Shown here in pieces: positions 57,938-64,000 of a DNA stretch of 64,000 bases. The translations under genes were made by a program, and so were the position numbers. Under the pieces are notes generated by a model that was not told the DNA's origin, did not search any database, and saw only the letters and a program-made list of their open reading frames with translations. Within the stretch, counting starts at the first letter, position 1. Every line of letters starts with the position of its first letter. Source of the stretch: Alphaproteobacteria bacterium (GTDB lineage Bacteria; Pseudomonadota; Alphaproteobacteria; RF32; CAG-239); assembly GCA_045111335.1 (NCBI GenBank), contig JBGUGE010000002.1:1032-65031 (forward strand), in the 5' to 3' direction.

Positions 57938-58786
57938 CTCAACCTCGGCGCCAATCGGCAAAATACGACGGCTCGGCGTGTGTCCGAAATTAAAATCACA
58001 AATTGCCGGAAAATCGGTGTTTTGTAAAAAGTCGGCAAAACAATCCGCTGTGCTGCCGTCTTCGGTGTCGCTTACGGCATCGGTAAATTGTCCGAAAATC
58101 ACACCGGCAAGCTTATCAAAATTCGGTTGTTGTTTGAGCTGTTGCAGCATCAAATCAATGCGATAAACTTTTTCATGAACATCTTCAACGAGTAAGATTT
58201 TGCCGCTTAAATCCGGAAAATACGGCGTACCGGCCATACGCAACAGAGTGCTCAGATTGGCACACAGCAATCTGCCGACGGCAGTTTTGCCGCGCAAGGT
58301 TTTACCGCTGTGAACGGTGTAGGTTTCTTTGTTTAACAGGGTTTTCATATCGGCGGCAATTTGCGCATCAAGCGTGCCGTTGCGAAAATCATAAGCCAAA
58401 CCGAGGCCGTTGTAAGATATAAGCGAGCTTTTTTGCCACAAGGCTAATTGCACGGCGGCGTTGTCGCAGAATCCGAAAAGCGGTTTGGGGTTGCGCCTGA
58501 CAAGTTCATAATCAATGTATGGCAAAATACGGGTAGCACCGGCGGCGGCGCGCACACAGAATATAACCTTAATTTCCGGGTCGGCAAAAGCGGCATTAAG
58601 GTCGGCGGCACGTTCTTCATCGGTTCCGGCCATATAGCGGTTTACTTTTAAAAGATTATTGCCGCAGATAGGTGTAAGCCCCAGAGCGGAGATGTAGTCA
58701 ACGGCGGCGGAGATTTTGGAAATATCACCGATTTGTGCCGATGGTGCAATAAGAGCCGCTTTGTCGCCGGATAGTATTTTTTGCAT
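57896..58786 (-). CDS. ldcA: LD-carboxypeptidase (peptidase S66, LdcA-like)
   Basis: Family pattern around GFCDNAAVQLAL (GYSDxTAL-like). C-terminal His/Glu region. Adjacent to mpl. Confidence 0.55.
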   Translation of the reverse strand: MQKILSGDKAALIAPSAQIGDISKISAAVDYISALGLTPICGNNLLKVNRYMAGTDEERAADLNAAFADPEIKVIFCVRAAAGATRILPYIDYELVRRNPKPLFGFCDNAAVQLALWQKSSLISYNGLGLAYDFRNGTLDAQIAADMKTLLNKETYTVHSGKTLRGKTAVGRLLCANLSTLLRMAGTPYFPDLSGKILLVEDVHEKVYRIDLMLQQLKQQPNFDKLAGVIFGQFTDAVSDTEDGSTADCFADFLQNTDFPAICDFNFGHTPSRRILPIGAEVELNTEHAELKILRY

Positions 58787-60151
58787 TCAGATTTTCTCCA
58801 AAATTTGGTGGCATAAATCGGTTAACGAGTTATCGCGAGCCCCCATAATCACAACTCGGTCACCGGCTTGCGCCAATTTGATGATTTTGGCGGCAGCGGC
58901 GGCTTTATCGGCCACAAAATAGGCGTTTTTCTTGCCGAGTTTTTGGGCATAATCAATTAAATCAGCCGAGGAAATATCTTTGGTTACGGTACCGCCGACA
59001 AAGAAAATTTCCGGCAGAATCAAAATATCGTCATCGTTCATATTATTTACAAATTCGGCCATAATTTCTTTGCCGAGCGCGCGCATCGGACCGAAACCGT
59101 GCGGTTGGAACATAATGATGAGCCGCCCGTCATATTGACGCAATGCGCTGACCGAAGATTTTACCTTGTCCGGATTGTGCGCAAAATCATCAATAACGGT
59201 AATTTTGTTTTTTTCACCGATTACTTCAAGACGGCGTTTGGTGCCGTGAAAATCTTGCAGAATAGTCGCGGCGGTACCGGTATCCACTCCCATTTCGGAG
59301 CAGGCCGCGATTGCCGCCAAAGCATTGGCCACATTAAATTCACCGATTAAATTCAGGGTGTAGGTAATGCCGTTAAAGTCATACTGTGTGCCGCCCGACA
59401 GAGGTTTGATGTTGGCGGCGTAAAAATCCGCCTCGCTGTTTTTGGTTGAAAAAGTCAGGCACGGCTTATCGTGTGCCAGACGGCGACACAATTCGTAGTC
59501 ATCGTTGATGATAATGCTGCGCGAGGCACGGTTGGCAAAATTTTGAAACATGGTCATCAGTTCTTCAATGGTTTTGTGGTCTTCCGAAATATTGGTAACC
59601 AGCGCAATATACGGGTTGTAAAGGTCAATTGAGCCGTTGCTTTCGTCGGCCTCAACCACACAAATATTACCCTGATTATAAATCATGTTGGAAATGGCCG
59701 AAGTATTTTCGTAATCGCGCAACAATCCGCCGTTAATCATACACGGGTTTTTGGCGGCCTTGTCCAAAATAAAGCCTATCATGGCGGTGGTGGTGGTTTT
59801 GCCGCTGGTGCCGCCGACAGCGATTCCGTATTTATATCCGTTGAAAATTTCGGAGAGCAGCTGAGGACGGGTTTTTATCGGGATATTTTTTTGTTTGGCG
59901 GCTTTGATATCGGGAATGGTATCTTCTACTGCGGTTGAGGCGCAAATCCACTCCAAATCATCGGTTATGCCGGAGCCGTCCTGCGGAAAAATGGTAATAC
60001 CCATATTCTCCATAGCCTGCTTAGTGCGCAAATCACGGCCGAGATCAAAGTTGCGATCGGAGCCGCGTACGTCGTAACCGGACAGTTTCAGCACCTGCGC
60101 CAGAGAACTCATACCGCTGCCGGAAATGCCGCAAAAACTTATTTTACCCAT
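58787..60151 (-). CDS. mpl: UDP-N-acetylmuramate:L-alanyl-gamma-D-glutamyl-meso-DAP ligase (murein peptide ligase)
   Basis: MurC-like N-terminus ISFCGISGSGMSSLAQVL. GTSGKTTTT P-loop. 454 aa. Linked to ldcA. Confidence 0.6.
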   Translation of the reverse strand: MGKISFCGISGSGMSSLAQVLKLSGYDVRGSDRNFDLGRDLRTKQAMENMGITIFPQDGSGITDDLEWICASTAVEDTIPDIKAAKQKNIPIKTRPQLLSEIFNGYKYGIAVGGTSGKTTTTAMIGFILDKAAKNPCMINGGLLRDYENTSAISNMIYNQGNICVVEADESNGSIDLYNPYIALVTNISEDHKTIEELMTMFQNFANRASRSIIINDDYELCRRLAHDKPCLTFSTKNSEADFYAANIKPLSGGTQYDFNGITYTLNLIGEFNVANALAAIAACSEMGVDTGTAATILQDFHGTKRRLEVIGEKNKITVIDDFAHNPDKVKSSVSALRQYDGRLIIMFQPHGFGPMRALGKEIMAEFVNNMNDDDILILPEIFFVGGTVTKDISSADLIDYAQKLGKKNAYFVADKAAAAAKIIKLAQAGDRVVIMGARDNSLTDLCHQILEKI

Positions 60152-60162
60152 ATTGTTTCCCC

Positions 60163-61452
60163 TTATAAATCGTTAATCAGCTCGTTCAGATTTTTTTCCT
60201 GTTCCATTAATTTTATGCGTGTATTTTCGTAATTCAGCACAATATAACTGTGGGCCTCGGCATCAGCCAAAACCGAGAGTGTGATTTTGATGTCGCCGTT
60301 GGTAAAGGTTGCAAACAAGGTCGCTTTTTCTTCCTTGAGCTCTTGCAAAAAGGCATCGTGCCCGATTTTTTTGGATGAACCTTCGGCCGGAATATAAACT
60401 TTTTGAGCCTCGTTATATTTTTTATCAAGCGCCTCATAATAATTATCAAACAACTGCAAAACCTTTTCCGCACGCGGTGTATCAGCCATAAACGGAGATT
60501 GTGCATAAATGGTATTCAACCGATCCTGCACTCCGAAAATAACCGTAACTTTATCAAAGGCGGCGCGCTGTTGTTGCGGGTTTTTAACCAGATAAGCGTT
60601 GATAAAATCACCGAATTTAATCGGCTTCAATTCAAAACCCTTAGCCTCAAGCTCCGCTTTGGAAACACCCCATTGCAGTCCGAAAGGGGCGCTTTGCGCG
60701 CTTTCGTCTTGTGCATCGGATCCGTCGGTTGCTTTTGTGCCGAAATTCATCTCCGGCATTTGTGTTGCCTGTAAAAGTTTTTTCTGCTCTTTAAGGATTT
60801 TTTCGCTTTGTTTTTGGAGTTCCTGCGTATCATCAGGCAAAACGACGGCGTCGTCTTTTTGCAACATCAGACGCATGGCATCACTTTGGGCCGCGGCGGC
60901 TTCGGATTTTTTTTGTTCCTTCTCATTAATCTCATTGATATATTGTGCCATAAAATCATCTTCAGCCGGTTGCGATTCGGTGACCGGTTCAGGGTTCTCC
61001 GCTGCCATCGGCACGGCAACATCTTGTTTGGCAACAGTAGCATCGTCTTCGGCGGCATCGGCAGTATCAGCCGGAGTTTCATCGGCAGTCTCTTCAACAG
61101 TCTCCTCAACAGCAATTTCCTCTGTTACAACGTCTTCTGTTGTAACTTCTTCGTTCGGGGCTGTTTCGGTATCCGGTTTAACCTGCGCGGCTTCTTCGGC
61201 TACGATATCTGTTTCGGCCGGGACAGCAGTTTCCGTTACGGTTGCGGCCGTTGCTGCAATTGCCGCGGTGCCTTCATCCTCAGTTACGGTGGCTTCTTCG
61301 GTAACGGTTTCGACTTCGGCTGTCGGTTCTGTTTTTTCTTCAACCGCGGCCGGCGTATCGGCCAACAAATCTTCAAAATCAAGCTGAGCCATACTTCTGT
61401 GCGGAAGTAATCCTGCCAGCGTGACTAAAATGCTTAAAATTAAATTTTGCAT
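60163..61452 (-). CDS. secreted protein with long acidic T/E/A/V low-complexity region
   Basis: Signal peptide MQNLILSILVTLAGLLPHRSMA. ~140 aa of (E/T/A/V/D) low complexity. Structured C-terminal half. Confidence 0.5.
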   Translation of the reverse strand: MQNLILSILVTLAGLLPHRSMAQLDFEDLLADTPAAVEEKTEPTAEVETVTEEATVTEDEGTAAIAATAATVTETAVPAETDIVAEEAAQVKPDTETAPNEEVTTEDVVTEEIAVEETVEETADETPADTADAAEDDATVAKQDVAVPMAAENPEPVTESQPAEDDFMAQYINEINEKEQKKSEAAAAQSDAMRLMLQKDDAVVLPDDTQELQKQSEKILKEQKKLLQATQMPEMNFGTKATDGSDAQDESAQSAPFGLQWGVSKAELEAKGFELKPIKFGDFINAYLVKNPQQQRAAFDKVTVIFGVQDRLNTIYAQSPFMADTPRAEKVLQLFDNYYEALDKKYNEAQKVYIPAEGSSKKIGHDAFLQELKEEKATLFATFTNGDIKITLSVLADAEAHSYIVLNYENTRIKLMEQEKNLNELINDL

Positions 61453-61565
61453 GAATTATTCCTTATGATAACCGCAAAAATACATTGAATCCTGATATTC
61501 TTTGCGCTATTTTATTATAAAAATGCAAATAATTTGTTAAACTGAAAAAAGTTTCTTTTGGAAAA

Positions 61566-62156
61566 ATGGAAAAAGACGACATACAAAAAGTATTGATTGA
61601 TATAGGTCGGCAAATGGTACGCGAAAAAGGTACCGATGCATTGACCGTGCGCAAACTTTCCGAGGCATCCGGCTGTTCGGTGGGGGCGATTTATAACCAG
61701 TTCTCCAACATGGATAATTTTATCGTTATTCAGAATTTTATGACATTGGAGGCGTTGTATAACCGGCTTAAAGATGTTTCGTTGAGCGGCGAGGCGTTTG
61801 CCGATACCAATGCGCTGGTGCAGGCGTTTGTTGATTTTGTGCTTGAAAATAAAAATCTGTGGTATTTATTGTTTAATTTCCATTTGACGCACGCCGATAA
61901 GATTTATTCGGTTTATTATTTGCGCAAAGTGGTTGATATTGTTCATTTGCTCAATGGTGTGGTGTTGCAAAGCGTGCCGAAAATGGAGCGGCCGGAACAA
62001 ATGCTTTCGTCGCAGGTTTTGTGGCTGTGTTTGTTTGCCTTGAGTTCGTTTTTGGCCAAAGATGTGTTGGATCCGTTTGCTAAAGCCGATAAACAGACAA
62101 TTTGTCAGATTTTGGTTAACACTTATATCGCCGGTTTAACCGTGCTTGAAAAGTAG
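61566..62156 (+). CDS. TetR family transcriptional regulator
   Basis: HTH LTVRKLSEASGCSVGAIYNQF. Confidence 0.75.
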   Translation: MEKDDIQKVLIDIGRQMVREKGTDALTVRKLSEASGCSVGAIYNQFSNMDNFIVIQNFMTLEALYNRLKDVSLSGEAFADTNALVQAFVDFVLENKNLWYLLFNFHLTHADKIYSVYYLRKVVDIVHLLNGVVLQSVPKMERPEQMLSSQVLWLCLFALSSFLAKDVLDPFAKADKQTICQILVNTYIAGLTVLEK

Positions 62157-62160
62157 CGGT

Positions 62161-62958
62161 TTAGCGCTTATTGCCTTTGGTGTTTTTAAGAATTTCTTTG
62201 ACTTGGTCATCGGTCAGGCCACGGTCATCTTGCCAATGTTTGCGGGCAGTTTTGGCGTTTTCTTTGCATTTTTGCGCCTTTTGCAAGTACTCATCTGCCA
62301 AATCCGTATCAAACAATTCTTCGCGGCAAATGCGCACCGCCGAATAATAGAAACTCGCTTTTCCGTCGTCGGCTTTAGATTGTTTGAAATAAGGTTTTTT
62401 CAACAGTTCAACCGCATCTTCAATCAAAGACAATTTCTTTTCCGGAGAAAAATTACCATCTTCAAGATACAGACTGATTCTGCCGAGTTCATCTTCTCTT
62501 TTTTCTCTTTCTTCCAAAATAGGGTGCTTGGCCTCATAATACTGGGCTATTTTGGCAAAAGGAAATTTTCTTTTCGGGGTGAATTTTTGATAGGCTTCAT
62601 AAATCACTTTGCCGTAATCTTCAATACTGGAATTACGTTGGTGCATATAGGCATCTTGAGCAATACGTTTGATGGCATCGGGATTGTTGCTGTCGGCGTA
62701 GGCAAGTTGTCTGGAAAGAGCCTGACAATAATATTTGTCGTTCTGCGGAAAAATGCGGAATATAGCTGCCAAAACTCCGTTAAAGGCCTCTACCTTGCGC
62801 TCGTTATCAACCTCCGCATTCATAATTTCCTGCTGGCGTATATCCAGAAATGACCACGCGCTGTCGTCGTAAGGATGATAATTTTTGACGGCCTTATTAA
62901 ATTCTTCGCAGAGGTTGTCGAAACGGATATCCTCACGGAGTTCATCCAACTTAGTCAT
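62161..62958 (-). CDS. hypothetical protein
   Basis: 265-aa ORF with balanced composition. Preferred over the antisense F-rich ORF 62146..62853. Confidence 0.4.
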   Translation of the reverse strand: MTKLDELREDIRFDNLCEEFNKAVKNYHPYDDSAWSFLDIRQQEIMNAEVDNERKVEAFNGVLAAIFRIFPQNDKYYCQALSRQLAYADSNNPDAIKRIAQDAYMHQRNSSIEDYGKVIYEAYQKFTPKRKFPFAKIAQYYEAKHPILEEREKREDELGRISLYLEDGNFSPEKKLSLIEDAVELLKKPYFKQSKADDGKASFYYSAVRICREELFDTDLADEYLQKAQKCKENAKTARKHWQDDRGLTDDQVKEILKNTKGNKR

Positions 62959-62969
62959 AGCGGTTCTCC

Positions 62970-63407
62970 TTACAGCTTTTTCACCATTTTCATAAAGGTT
63001 ATGCCCTGTTCGTCAAAAGGCTCACCTTCGGCTTTATAGCCTAATTTTTCATAAAATCCGACCACAAACAACATGGCATGCATCACAATTTTGGTATATC
63101 CGGCTTCGCGGGCGCGTTTTTCGGCATAAGCTACCAGCTCACGGCCGACGCCCTCGCCCTGATATACGGTGTCTACCGCCACCTGCATCAGGCGGATGGT
63201 GTCATCATCAACCGGCGCCAAAATCAGGCCGCCGACCAAGCGGTTATCAAGCATTTCTACGCAACCGACATGCAGATATTTAGCTTCTTCCGGCCGAAAC
63301 GAGTCCAAAAACTTCAAACCCAGCGGCTCGAGCAAAATCTTATAGCGCAACTCCACCAATTCGTTGTAGCGCGACGAGCCGAAATCAATGTCTATCATTT
63401 TACGCAT
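62970..63407 (-). CDS. GNAT family N-acetyltransferase
   Basis: Acetyl-CoA binding motif QGEGVGRELVAYAEKRAREAG. Confidence 0.75.
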   Translation of the reverse strand: MRKMIDIDFGSSRYNELVELRYKILLEPLGLKFLDSFRPEEAKYLHVGCVEMLDNRLVGGLILAPVDDDTIRLMQVAVDTVYQGEGVGRELVAYAEKRAREAGYTKIVMHAMLFVVGFYEKLGYKAEGEPFDEQGITFMKMVKKL

Positions 63408-63648
63408 GGCGTTTCTCCCCCGTTATCATATAGCCTATTAAAACACATTTTTTAAGATTTGACAATAACAAAAGATGCCGACAACGCATATTCCTTGACA
63501 AATCATGGAAATTGCGATACACTGAAAGCCTAAAACCAATAAGGATTATGTATGACATTCAGTTAAAAATGAATGGTCTCTTTTTCATAATCCTTCAATT
63601 TTTGCGAGAGTTAGTTATCAAAAATATTCACTTCAAAAAATCAAGATT

Positions 63649-64000
63649 ATGAAAAAGATGAGTAAGGCCGATATGCTGGCAACCGCATCTGTAGTACTTA
63701 TGGTGGTATCTTTTATCGCAGAGGTAATTTGTTGCTATCACATCAAAGATTACTACGGCCTGTTTTACGGCTACTGGGGCAAGGATAAGATAGAGGTGCT
63801 ACACTATCTGAATTCCCAGTGTCCGATTTGGCTTTGTGTCTGGATTTTCGGCACCATTGTGTCGGTAGTCTGTCATTGGGTAATCGGAACGGCGTTGGCA
63901 TTCTTACGCGTAGTACCTGGTTGTATTTTTGTGGCTGCATGTACCGCAAAATCAGGTACAATTAAGGCATCTGTAATGATTGGTGTGTCTGTGTATGCAA
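63649..64000 (+). CDS. 5' fragment of a Cys-rich membrane protein gene (runs off window end)
   Basis: ATG at 63649, open frame to the window end (117 codons). Hydrophobic helices. Many Cys. Confidence 0.35.
   Translation, partial: MKKMSKADMLATASVVLMVVSFIAEVICCYHIKDYYGLFYGYWGKDKIEVLHYLNSQCPIWLCVWIFGTIVSVVCHWVIGTALAFLRVVPGCIFVAACTAKSGTIKASVMIGVSVYA

Noticed and set aside
60599-61387. 262-aa Ser/Ala/Val-rich plus-strand ORF
   Set aside because: It is the mirror image of the acidic low-complexity region of the minus-strand secreted protein. The minus frame has a signal peptide and a structured C-terminus.
62146-62853. 235-aa Phe-rich plus-strand ORF antisense to 62161..62958
   Set aside because: The F/I-rich composition with runs of FF is typical of an antisense reading of an AT-rich gene. 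The minus-strand product has balanced composition.
1-64000. CRISPR arrays, IS elements/transposases, integrases, rRNA or tRNA genes
   Set aside because: No regularly spaced direct repeats. No transposase or integrase-like ORFs or terminal inverted repeats. No rRNA or tRNA sequence signatures recognised.

Overview
This 64-kb window looks like chromosomal DNA from an alphaproteobacterium with an intracellular or symbiotic lifestyle (inference from gene content and synteny). Evidence: a single bifunctional Rsh followed by DUF2062 and acpS, rpoZ directly upstream of rsh, ELM1-like and Mic60/HemX-like genes, a short SRP RNA upstream of dnaX-ybaB-recR, and secreted ankyrin-repeat proteins. About 42-45% GC by eye. 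Coding is dense and many genes are translationally coupled.

Housekeeping genes: tsaD, nth, rpoZ, rsh, acpS, recR, ybaB, dnaX, ffs, lpoA-like, rsmI, yraN, cbpA, serS, dksA, maf, rng, yacG, an Mla/Mce-type ABC system, secA, a parvulin PPIase, folD, yggT plus DUF167, miaB-phoH-ybeY-lnt, and ldcA-mpl.

Accessory or unusual content:
- A three-gene vWA / PP2C phosphatase / Hanks-type Ser/Thr kinase operon at 43.7-46.6 kb. It matches the TerY-P triad architecture, with an unusual kinase carrying a Cys cluster and a C-terminal polytopic membrane domain. A TerB-like gene sits about 5 kb away.
- An 883-aa RNase J-like beta-CASP metallo-beta-lactamase protein with long extensions.
- Two tandem secreted ankyrin-repeat paralogues spliced into the tsaD-nth operon.
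- A clear archaeal/eukaryotic-type ADP-dependent sugar kinase (ADPGK/ADP-PFK family).
- A serS-HD-unknown-DPP III-like operon.
- An island of small secreted proteins, lipoproteins, an OMP and an orphan prepilin-like gene.

No tRNA, rRNA, CRISPR, transposase or integrase was recognised.
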